Shown here: piece after piece, positions 1 to 6,827 of the stretch
Position numbering within the stretch: position 1 is the stretch's first letter
Layout: every line of letters begins with the position of its first letter
DNA from: Flavobacteriaceae bacterium
GTDB taxonomy: Bacteria; Bacteroidota; Bacteroidia; Flavobacteriales; Flavobacteriaceae
Direction: 5' to 3'
DNA: 32,000 bases
NCBI GenBank assembly: GCA_965224465.1
Contig: OZ245049.1
Coordinates: 5,010,001-5,042,000, forward strand
Program-made: the position numbers and the translations under genes
The notes under the pieces: generated by a model
Seen by the model: only the letters and a program-made list of their open reading frames with translations
The model's database searches: none
Told to the model about the DNA's origin: nothing

Positions 1-294
1 ATTAGTGGTTTATTCTCAACGGTAAATAATGTAAATAAAGTATTTGAACCTAATGTGTCTACAATGGAGAACATTGAAAAAGAGGAATCAAAGAAAACAC
101 CAGGAAATGTGAAAGTTGTTTTAAAACATTATCTAAAATCATTTCATAAAAAAGATGGAATGGGCAATGTTTTTCATAAAATTGATTCTATAGTTCGAGA
201 TACTGTTGAAATTAAAACTTTTAACATAGAGAAAACAAAAGATTCAGTTAGAAATCAAAATGCAAATAGAAAAAGGAGAGTAAGAGAATGGTAA
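1..294 (+). CDS. 3' end of a larger gene entering from the left edge; probable variable C-terminal toxin tip of a polymorphic (RHS-type) toxin
   Basis: The frame of listed ORF 55..294 is open with no stop from nt 1 (ISGLFSTVNNVNKVFEPNVST then MENIEK...), so the listed ATG is internal. A small lipoprotein gene follows, and then the same junction repeat that follows the two recognisable RHS tip+immunity modules downstream. No catalytic motif recognised. The tail is very basic (NANRKRRVREW). Confidence 0.4.
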   Translation: MSGLFSTVNNVNKVFEPNVSTMENIEKEESKKTPGNVKVVLKHYLKSFHKKDGMGNVFHKIDSIVRDTVEIKTFNIEKTKDSVRNQNANRKRRVREW

Positions 295-317
295 TTTTAA
301 TTAAAAAAAACATAATT

Positions 318-830
318 ATGTATAAATATTTTTATTCATTTATCCTAGCATTAGTTATTGTTATTGGCTGTAATAATAGAAACCCCAGCATTAAAGAATC
401 TAATATAAAAAGTGAAGAAGTAGTAAAATCTAATAATTCATTCCAAATTATTGAAAAGAAAAAAACAGAGTACAATGAGTATATAGGATTGATTGAGTTA
501 AGTGACACTATATATATTGGAAAGAACGTTGGAAAAATTGTTAATTATAAGCCAAGAAGGAGTGATATCGATTATTTATTATCAGTTATTATTGAAAACG
601 AATATGATAATGGCAGAATAGTTAAAGATACATTTAGTGATGGCACATTAGCCCCTTGGTTTGGGGTCTATGCAAACAAGATTGGTTTCAAAAAAATTAG
701 AGGGACTATTTTAGAAGAAGCTCTGAATGACGATAAAAGTAAATTTGATAGCGTTTTACGAATTGAAAGAACTTTTATTCATTTCGTAAAAGAAGTGTAT
801 GTAATGGATAGTATTTTCAGGGTAGAGTAA
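318..830 (+). CDS. small lipoprotein, candidate immunity protein for the upstream toxin tip
   Basis: ORF 288..830. The internal Met at 318 gives MYKYFYSFILALVIVIGC|NN, a signal peptide with lipobox VIGC. The gene sits directly after the tip (the ATG at 288 overlaps the tip stop in ATGGTAA). No homology recognised. Confidence 0.5.
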   Translation: MYKYFYSFILALVIVIGCNNRNPSIKESNIKSEEVVKSNNSFQIIEKKKTEYNEYIGLIELSDTIYIGKNVGKIVNYKPRRSDIDYLLSVIIENEYDNGRIVKDTFSDGTLAPWFGVYANKIGFKKIRGTILEEALNDDKSKFDSVLRIERTFIHFVKEVYVMDSIFRVE

Positions 831-851
831 GCATACCTCCCCGTTGGTGCG

Positions 852-990
852 CGAATAACCGCCATCGCTATTACACGAATCTTTCATGTAGTGTCCACGA
901 GTAAGCCAACAAGCAATTAAAACAACAAAACCACAGCAGTAAGCTGTGGTTTTTTTATATGTTGGCTACACATACATTTCCCTCCTCCTC
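852..990 (+). repeat. junction repeat R1, copy 1 (variable imperfect palindrome + conserved block with terminator + start of RHS homology)
   Basis: cgaataaccgccatcgcta...gtaagccaacaagcaattaaaacaacaaaaccacagcagtaagctgtggttttttt.at..tggctacacatacatttccctcct recurs at 9759-9910. Its first part also recurs at 9981-10040 and 6770-6796. Confidence 0.8.
927..957 (+). terminator. rho-independent terminator inside R1 copy 1
   Basis: Stem ccacagc (931-937) / gctgtgg (943-949), loop agtaa, then a T-run at 950-956. Confidence 0.7.
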
Positions 991-1079
991 CTTGTCATTT
1001 CCATAAAGGAAAGACAAAACCTACGGATTCAAAGACGGCACAAATACAGGCAACGTATACCTACGACAAAAACGGAAAC

Positions 1080-2384
1080 ATGATCTCCGATGCCAATAAA
1101 GAGATTAGCGCCATAACCTACAATTATTTAAACCTACCCGTCAAAGTAGTTTTTGGAACTAACCGTTTTATTGATTATATTTACAATGCCTCAGGAGTAA
1201 AACAACAAAAAGTAGTAACTGAGGGAAGTTCTTTAACAACCACGCAATACGCGGGTAATTATATTTATGAGAATAACAACCTTCAATTCTTTAATCATGC
1301 AGAGGGCTATGTAGAACCAGTTATTGCGAGCGGTAGCGCGGCAATCTCATCCTTTAACTATGTGTATCAATACAAAGACCATTTAGGGAATATCAGACTG
1401 TCATACACAGATGCAGATGGGAATGGGACAATTAAACAGGATGAAATTATTGAAGAAAATAATTATTATCCCTTTGGACTGAAACATAAGGGGTATAATA
1501 CTAACATAAATGGAAGGTATCATAAATATGGTTTTAGTGGTAAAGAAGAGCAAGATGAACTAGGTCTTGGCTGGATTGATATTACTGCTAGGAATTATGA
1601 TGCTGCTTTGGGTAGATGGATGAACATTGACCCATTAGCAGAAAAAATGCGTAGACATAGTCCATATAATTATGCATACAATAATCCTATTTTCTTTATT
1701 GACCCTGATGGAATGGCACCTGTAGATTGGTATATTGACAGAAGAACAGGTAAGGTTCTTGGGCAAGATGGTGCATCAACGAATAATTTAAGGGTTATTG
1801 ATAAACGTGAATGGGACGGCGTAAAGGAAGATCACGGAGGTAGTATTTCTACTGCAGCGACAAAAGAACTTCAAGATAATAGTAAATTAATAACAGTTAA
1901 TGAATCGCAAATTCAAAATGAGGTTCAATCTGTTGCTGATGACACAAAAAGTGAAGGATTCGAAAATCAAGCGTTTATAACATTAAATGTGAATTCAGGA
2001 GAAGTTGCTGCACAAAGAGGTTTAAATGGAACTAATAGTGAAACAACAATATCTACACATAGTTTAGGTGAAGGTGGTGCGGCAAGGACAGGTAGTGGGT
2101 TAATGCTTTTAGCGCAAGTTCACGGACATCCTCAAACCACAGAAAGTGGAAAAGAAAATATACCAGGAACGTCCAGTGATAAAGATAAACCTACTGCTGT
2201 TAGTCTTGGTGTTACAATTTTCGCCATTGATTCGTATAATGGAACAGCAGGAGGGAAATATAATGTGCATTCGGTAAACAAAAGCGGTACACAGACAAAT
2301 TTTGTTGGTAAAACAAAGGGCGCTGGAACAGGTACTATCAATTTCACGCAAATTTTAACCAATCTATTAAAAGGAGGAAGATAA
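1080..2384 (+). CDS. orphan RHS (YD-repeat) C-terminal cassette: last ~230 aa of the RHS core plus a variable toxin tip with an HxH...SSD (JAB/MPN-like) motif; lacks the RHS body and is probably not expressed on its own
   Basis: RHS core-end motifs seen: YTYDKNGNM (spans the listed ATG), YQYKDHLGNIRLSY, NYYPFGLKHKGYN, ARNYDAALGRWMNIDPLAE, PYNYAYNNPIFFIDPDGM (DPDGM at 1701-1715). The frame stays open upstream of the ATG back to 921, running through the terminator, so the 5' end is a truncation. Tip 1716-2381 contains FENQAFI ... VHGHP (2121-2132) ... GTSSDKD (2172-2180). Confidence 0.85.
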   Translation: MISDANKEISAITYNYLNLPVKVVFGTNRFIDYIYNASGVKQQKVVTEGSSLTTTQYAGNYIYENNNLQFFNHAEGYVEPVIASGSAAISSFNYVYQYKDHLGNIRLSYTDADGNGTIKQDEIIEENNYYPFGLKHKGYNTNINGRYHKYGFSGKEEQDELGLGWIDITARNYDAALGRWMNIDPLAEKMRRHSPYNYAYNNPIFFIDPDGMAPVDWYIDRRTGKVLGQDGASTNNLRVIDKREWDGVKEDHGGSISTAATKELQDNSKLITVNESQIQNEVQSVADDTKSEGFENQAFITLNVNSGEVAAQRGLNGTNSETTISTHSLGEGGAARTGSGLMLLAQVHGHPQTTESGKENIPGTSSDKDKPTAVSLGVTIFAIDSYNGTAGGKYNVHSVNKSGTQTNFVGKTKGAGTGTINFTQILTNLLKGGR

Positions 2385-2860
2385 TGAGAAAAGCATTTTT
2401 ATTAATCGGGTTATTATTTATAGTAGGAAGTTGTAAATCAATTAAAATAAGTGAGTCTATTACGTATTTTTTGCCTAGAAATATTGAACAAGAGTTGTTT
2501 AATCTTATAAATGAACAAAAAGGAATTGATTATTGCTTTTACTTATCGTCAAAAAGCGAGTATAAGTATGAGATATTTATAATTGGAGATAAATTAAAGA
2601 ATAATTTTAGTGCAGTAAATAAATATAGATATGTGGATAATTCTAATAGGAAGGTGCTTATAAATGATAAGTTTTATCCATTAATTTTCACTTCAGACTA
2701 TACCTTTGGTACAGATTTAAGAAAAACTGAGTTAAAAAACTTATCAGAAAGAAATCGAATAGATAAAGAAGAAGATGGTTATGTTTTGTATAAAATAGAT
2801 GTTCTTTTACACGGGAAATCAATTATTTTTGATAATAAAGGGAAGATATATAGTGAGTAG
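2384..2860 (+). CDS. small lipoprotein, candidate cognate immunity protein of tip 1
   Basis: MRKAFLLIGLLFIVGSC|KS (lipobox VGSC). The start overlaps the toxin stop by 1 nt (TAATG), suggesting translational coupling. No homology recognised. Confidence 0.55.
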   Translation: MRKAFLLIGLLFIVGSCKSIKISESITYFLPRNIEQELFNLINEQKGIDYCFYLSSKSEYKYEIFIIGDKLKNNFSAVNKYRYVDNSNRKVLINDKFYPLIFTSDYTFGTDLRKTELKNLSERNRIDKEEDGYVLYKIDVLLHGKSIIFDNKGKIYSE

Positions 2861-2876
2861 TTGAATACAATTATAA

Positions 2877-2908
2877 ACAAAAAACCACCTTTAACGAGGT
2901 GGTTTTTT
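2877..2908. terminator. bidirectional rho-independent terminator
   Basis: aaaaaaccacct-ttaacg-aggtggtttttt: an A-run, a 6-7 bp GC-containing stem, then a T-run. It lies between the convergent immunity gene (+) and the 3' fragment of the XRE gene (-). Confidence 0.7.
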
Positions 2909-2909
2909 G

Positions 2910-3011
2910 TTATGAGAAAGCTTGTTTAGTTTTGAAATTCTGAATGACGTTATCAATCAAAAAAAACAATTTACTTTTAGTTTCATCATCAAGTTGTTCA
3001 ATATCCTCAAT
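2910..3011 (-). pseudogene. 3' fragment of an XRE-family HTH regulator gene split by the IS256/IS66 nest
   Basis: The minus-strand frame reads IEDIEQLDDETKSKLFFLIDNVIQNFKTKQAFS*. It continues the protein begun at 6791-6462 (...VSLDYLAGEGKLPTYDKD). Removing 3014-6461 plus 8 bp puts the two halves in one frame. Confidence 0.65.
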
Positions 3012-3142
3012 ACGTTTTAAAAGGTTGTGTAATTTAAACTCTGTCTGCTTGTTTTTTTCTACGTTTTAAAATAGTTCGATTTTCTCTTCATAAGGCTGCT
3101 TTAAAAATCGAACTATTTTAAAATGAGCCCCAGCGGCTAGCG

Positions 3143-4393
3143 TCACGAACTGCTTCCGTTTTTATGTAAATCCAACGTTATTCGATCTTCAAATTTAATA
3201 TATAATTGTTGAATTGTCAAGCACCAATTATGTAAAGGGTTTGTCCATTTTTTTTCGATATTTTTTGTTGCTAAGTAAACAAGCTTCAATAGTGCCATAT
3301 CACTGGTAAAAGCCCCTTTTGTTTTAGTTACTTTTCTTACCTGTCTATGAAAACCTTCTACTGCATTTGTTGTGTAAATTATTTTTCTGATAGGTTCTGT
3401 ATACTGAAAAAACTGAGATAACTCTTCCCAATTACGGTTCCAGCTTTCTAAAACTACAGGGTATTTTTCTCCCCATTTTTCTTCTAATTTCAATAACTCC
3501 AACTCAGCAATATCTTTATTAACTGCCTTGTAAACAAGCTTTAAATCTCGAATAAATTCTTTTTGATCTTTGGAAGCTATATACTTTAAAGAATTACGAA
3601 TTTGATGAACAATACACTTTTGAATTTGTGTTTTAGGAAATACACTCAAGATAGCTTCTGAAAACCCTTTTAAGTTGTCTGTACAGGCAATTAGGATATC
3701 CTTAAGCCCTCTGTTATTAAGGTCTGTCAATACTTGAAGCCAAAAATTTGCGCCTTCACTTTCTGAAATATACATTCCTAAAACCTCTTTTATCCCTTCT
3801 TTATTTACTCCTAAAACATTGTAAAGTGCTTTGTGTTGTATTTTACCGTCTACTTTTACCTTGTAATGCATAGCGTCAAGCCAAACAATGCAGTACATCT
3901 GTTCTACTGGACGACTTTGCCATTGTTTTATATCGGGTATGATCTTATCTGTAATTTGACTTAAAACAGTGTGTGATATATCTGTATCATACATCTCTTT
4001 TATATGACCAGAAATATCGCGTAAGCTCATTCCTAAGCCATATAATCCAATGATCTTATCTGATAAATTATCTGCTAAAATGGTTTGACGCTTTTTTATC
4101 AGAACAGGCTCGAAACTACTATTTCTATCCGCTGGCGTACTTATTTCAAAACTACCAATACTAGTTTTAACAGTCTTTTTGCCCTTTCCGTTACGTTTAT
4201 TCCCTTTAGAACGTTCCTCTTCACTAAGGTGTGATTCCATTTCTGCTTCCAATGCTTTCTCAAGAAATTGTTTCATTAAAGGAGCAAAGGCACCTTCTTT
4301 TCCGAATAAACTTTTTCCTGATAATAATTGATCCAATGCCTTTTTTTCAATGTTGGCTAACTCGTCTTTTGGTAAGCGTACGGTAAAGTACAC
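3143..4393 (-). pseudogene. IS256-family (Mutator-type) DDE transposase, severed after codon 4 by the IS66 insertion
   Basis: LSGKSLFGKEGAFAPLMKQFLEKALEAEMESHLSEEER... is a typical IS256-family N-terminal region. The listed start is a GTG lying inside the IS66 inverted repeat (MYFTVRL is repeat-encoded). The true start ATG ACA AAA GAC (MTKD) lies at 6390-6379 on the far side of the IS66 element. Joined, the protein reads MTKD-ELANIEKK... Confidence 0.85.
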
Positions 4394-4399
4394 CCTTGA

Positions 4400-5902
4400 T
4401 TATTTATCAACAGGCTTCCAATTTTGAGGCAGTAACTCCGAAAGTTTATTAGCCTTATGTTCTGGTAATCTATTAAGGACATCACATAGCCACGTATGTG
4501 GGTTTACGTTATTCTTTTTGCAAGTAGCAAAAAAGCTATAAAATAGAGCTATGTTTTGTGCGGACTCATGACTGCCAGCAAAGAGATAATTTTTTCTGCC
4601 AATAGCTAAAGGTCTTATGGCATTTTCTATATTATTGTTGTCTATTTCAAACCTGCCATCATCGATGTATAGTTTTAGGTTTTGCCATATTTTAAGAGTA
4701 TAAGCAATTGCTTTTCCTATGGCACTTTTAGGCAGTACGTTTTTTCGCTCTTTTGTAAGATAAATTTCTATTCCGTCTAAAACAGGTGATGCATGTTTTT
4801 CTCTATATGCTTTAGTTTGCTCAATAGTTAATTCTTGTTCTTTTATTTTACGTTCTATCTTGTATAGCTTTTGAATTTCCAACAAAACAACATCCGCTCT
4901 TTTAGGATCATTATCCAGCGCCTTCTCAAAATACCGCCTAGCATGAGCCATGCAACCTAAAAGAGTAATTTCTCCTTTTGTTGTTAAGTTTTGGTATGCA
5001 GCATACCCATCGGACTGTAGTGTCCCATTGAAATCTTTAAAAAACTCTTCTGGAACAACTTTTCCTCTCCCTTTATTGTATTCAAAAAGAACTAAATTTT
5101 TAACAGGATTTCGATACACCCACATATACCCTCTGTGTGTTGATTTTTTCTTGTCTTTATCTAAAACCTTTATAGGAGATTCGTCTGCTTGAATATAATT
5201 GGCATTTTCTAAAAACTGAGCCTTAAATGTATCGTATAAAGGAGCGATAAGCTCCGAACTTTTAGATACCCATCCTCCAATTGTTGATTTACTTACTTTT
5301 AAATCTTGTCGTTTAAAAATTTGAATTAATCTGTAAAGTGGTAAATGGTCTACAAATTTTGAAATAAGTATAAAGGCCAATAAACTTGCTGATGCATTTC
5401 CTTTAGGTATCGGTAAGCTTGGTAATTCTGCTATAACAACGCCTTTTTCTTCCGGAAGTGCATATTTAGGTCTTACAATTCGTCTTACAAAAACGGAAAG
5501 AGGCGTTATTTCTAAAAGTTCTGTAACTTCTTCTCCTATTTTTACAGCTCCTTCTTCTATGTGCTTAGGCTCTATAATCTCTTCTACTCGCGGAAAATGC
5601 GCAGGTATAGAAGAGCGAACAGGTTTTTTCTTTCCTTTCTTCTTTTGTTTTCTTTCGTAGATTACAATATGTTTTTTGTATGCCTCTTCTTTCTCAGCTA
5701 TTATTTTTCCGAAAAGCGACAATTGATTTGTGTCAACAGGGATAAAACGTTCGCTTTTAGACCCGAAAACCATTCTTCTAAGCTGCTCGTATTGCTGCTT
5801 AATTTCAGCTAGTTCTTGAGCTGTTTTTTCAAGTTCAATCTTTAAAATTACCAGCTCTTTTTGTATGTCTATTGTATTGTTTTCCACACTATAAATATAC
5901 AA
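4400..5902 (-). CDS. IS66-family transposase (TnpC / Orf3)
   Basis: 500 aa. N-terminal coiled-coil region (LEKTAQELAEIKQQYEQLRRMVFGSKSERF), then ADESPIKVLD, GYMWVY, LQSDGYAAY, CMAHARRYF, GRKNYLFAGS, all typical IS66 TnpC blocks. Confidence 0.9.
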   Translation of the reverse strand: MYIYSVENNTIDIQKELVILKIELEKTAQELAEIKQQYEQLRRMVFGSKSERFIPVDTNQLSLFGKIIAEKEEAYKKHIVIYERKQKKKGKKKPVRSSIPAHFPRVEEIIEPKHIEEGAVKIGEEVTELLEITPLSVFVRRIVRPKYALPEEKGVVIAELPSLPIPKGNASASLLAFILISKFVDHLPLYRLIQIFKRQDLKVSKSTIGGWVSKSSELIAPLYDTFKAQFLENANYIQADESPIKVLDKDKKKSTHRGYMWVYRNPVKNLVLFEYNKGRGKVVPEEFFKDFNGTLQSDGYAAYQNLTTKGEITLLGCMAHARRYFEKALDNDPKRADVVLLEIQKLYKIERKIKEQELTIEQTKAYREKHASPVLDGIEIYLTKERKNVLPKSAIGKAIAYTLKIWQNLKLYIDDGRFEIDNNNIENAIRPLAIGRKNYLFAGSHESAQNIALFYSFFATCKKNNVNPHTWLCDVLNRLPEHKANKLSELLPQNWKPVDK

Positions 5903-5945
5903 AAAACAAGACTAAATAGCAGGTAAAACCTACAGTTTTATTGAA

Positions 5946-6299
5946 TTATTTAGCCTCTAAATAACGTTCGTTTTTCTGAGTATTTATAATACTAATTCCG
6001 TCTAAAACCATAACCATTTGGGTATAACTCAAAACTACTAATCCATCTTCAATGTCGTATTTTGGAAGCTCAAAAATACCTCGTTCCAATCGTTTATAAT
6101 ACAGTACAAATCCTCCAGGTCGCCAATGAAGAAGTTTTAGTTTATTTTTTTGCTTATTGATAAATGCATAAACACTATTTCTATCTCGCTCTTGTTCCAT
6201 GTGCTCACTAACTAATCCACTTAATCCATTAAATCCTTTTCGCATATCAACTGCAGATAAGTGATAATAATACGTGTGTTCTGTACCTAATCCTAACAT
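5946..6299 (-). CDS. IS66-family accessory protein TnpB (Orf2)
   Basis: 117 aa. VDMRKGFNGLSGLV...KLLHWRPGGFVLYYKRLERGIF is characteristic of IS66 Orf2. It lies immediately upstream of tnpC on the same strand. Confidence 0.85.
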   Translation of the reverse strand: MLGLGTEHTYYYHLSAVDMRKGFNGLSGLVSEHMEQERDRNSVYAFINKQKNKLKLLHWRPGGFVLYYKRLERGIFELPKYDIEDGLVVLSYTQMVMVLDGISIINTQKNERYLEAK

Positions 6300-6461
6300 T
6301 TATATTTTCGTTTTTGTTTAGATGCAAAAATTAGATTATTTTTAACTTCTTACAAGATGTAGTTCTCCGTACGCTTACGTCTTTTGTCATGTTTTCTGTT
6401 TGAATAAAGTTAATACTTTTTTTTATTCAGACAGAGTTGAGTTTACAGTCCCTTTTAAAAC

Positions 6462-6791
6462 ATCCTTATCGTAAGTAGGCAGTTTTCCTTCTCCTGCAAG
6501 GTAATCTAGAGAAACATCAAACACTTTAGCAATTTTTAAGATAATATCGATAGAAGGTGTATTAGAATTACGTTCGTAGTTTCCAATCATCACACGAGAA
6601 GAATTTACTTTTTTTGCTAAACCCGAACGCGCGGACATGCCACCAACGTGATAGCGCGAGATTTGTAATCCGTGTCCTGCATGAGTAAGCCATACAAGAG
6701 GTCTAAAAGTAAAGGTTAAGAAGATTTGTAACCATTCTTTTACGGAACAGTTTAAGTCAAAAAAAACCGCTGCCGCAAGAATAACCACCAT
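6462..6791 (-). pseudogene. 5' part of the split XRE-family HTH regulator gene; its own 5' end also looks rearranged
   Basis: LQISRYHVGGMSARSGLAKKVNSSRVMIGNYERNSNTPSIDIILKIAKVFDVSLDYLAGEG fits an HTH_3/XRE domain. The last 12 codons of listed ORF 6423..6791 (VLKGTVNSTLSE) are encoded by the IS256 inverted repeat. The first ~45 codons (MVVILAAAVFF...) overlap a partial R1 repeat and do not look like a native N-terminus. Confidence 0.6.
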
Positions 6792-6796
6792 CGCGT
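6770..6796 (+). repeat. partial copy of junction repeat R1 (5' part only)
   Basis: gctgccgcaagaataaccaccatcgc versus 9981-10003 gctgccacgaataaccaccatcgc. The 16-mer gaataaccaccatcgc is identical. Confidence 0.55.
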
Positions 6797-6827
6797 GGAA
6801 GTTGCGTATTATTGTAATGGGTGAAAA

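Larger units (their letters stand above)
4372..6378 (-). mobile_element. IS66-family insertion sequence (2007 bp) nested in the IS256 transposase gene
   Basis: Inverted repeats: 4372-4395 gtaagcgtacggtaaagtacaccc versus the reverse complement of 6355-6378 gtaagcgtacggagaactacatct (19/24, first 12 identical, with the GTAAGCG start typical of IS66). Perfect 8-bp direct repeat GTCTTTTG at 4364-4371 and 6379-6386. Encodes TnpB-like and TnpC-like ORFs. Confidence 0.9.
3014..6461 (-). mobile_element. IS256-family insertion sequence (about 1433 bp once the nested IS66 element and its duplication are subtracted)
   Basis: Imperfect terminal inverted repeats of about 34 bp: 3014-3047 gttttaaaaggttgtgtaatttaaactctgtctg versus the reverse complement of 6428-6461 gttttaaaagggactgtaaactcaactctgtctg (27/34 by hand). 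They enclose a Mutator/IS256-type transposase gene. No clean target duplication: 3003-3010 atcctcaa versus 6462-6469 atccttat, 6/8. Confidence 0.75.

Noticed and set aside
288-317. Listed starts at 288 (MVILIKKNII...) and 9001 for the two lipoprotein genes
   Set aside because: The internal Met codons at 318 and 9028 give canonical signal peptide plus lipobox N-termini. The upstream extensions overlap the toxin genes and add non-signal residues. 9001 is a non-ATG codon.
2109-2362. Two minus-strand ORFs (2109..2351, 2132..2362) inside RHS cassette 1
   Set aside because: They lie antisense within a region whose plus-strand translation carries clear conserved motifs. Their composition is low-complexity and Cys/Phe-rich, typical of shadow frames.
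4950-5812. Plus-strand ORFs 4950..5192 and 5561..5812 inside the IS66 tnpC gene
   Set aside because: They are antisense shadows of a well-supported transposase gene, with no motifs.
6656-6791. N-terminal ~45 residues of ORF 6423..6791 (MVVILAAAVFFDLNCS...) as a possible membrane anchor on the XRE protein
   Set aside because: The start coincides with a partial R1 repeat, and the region has no counterpart in the XRE-family proteins I recall. It is more likely that the native 5' end was lost in a rearrangement. I could not find an alternative ATG/GTG/TTG start just upstream of the HTH, so the gene is treated as a pseudogene.
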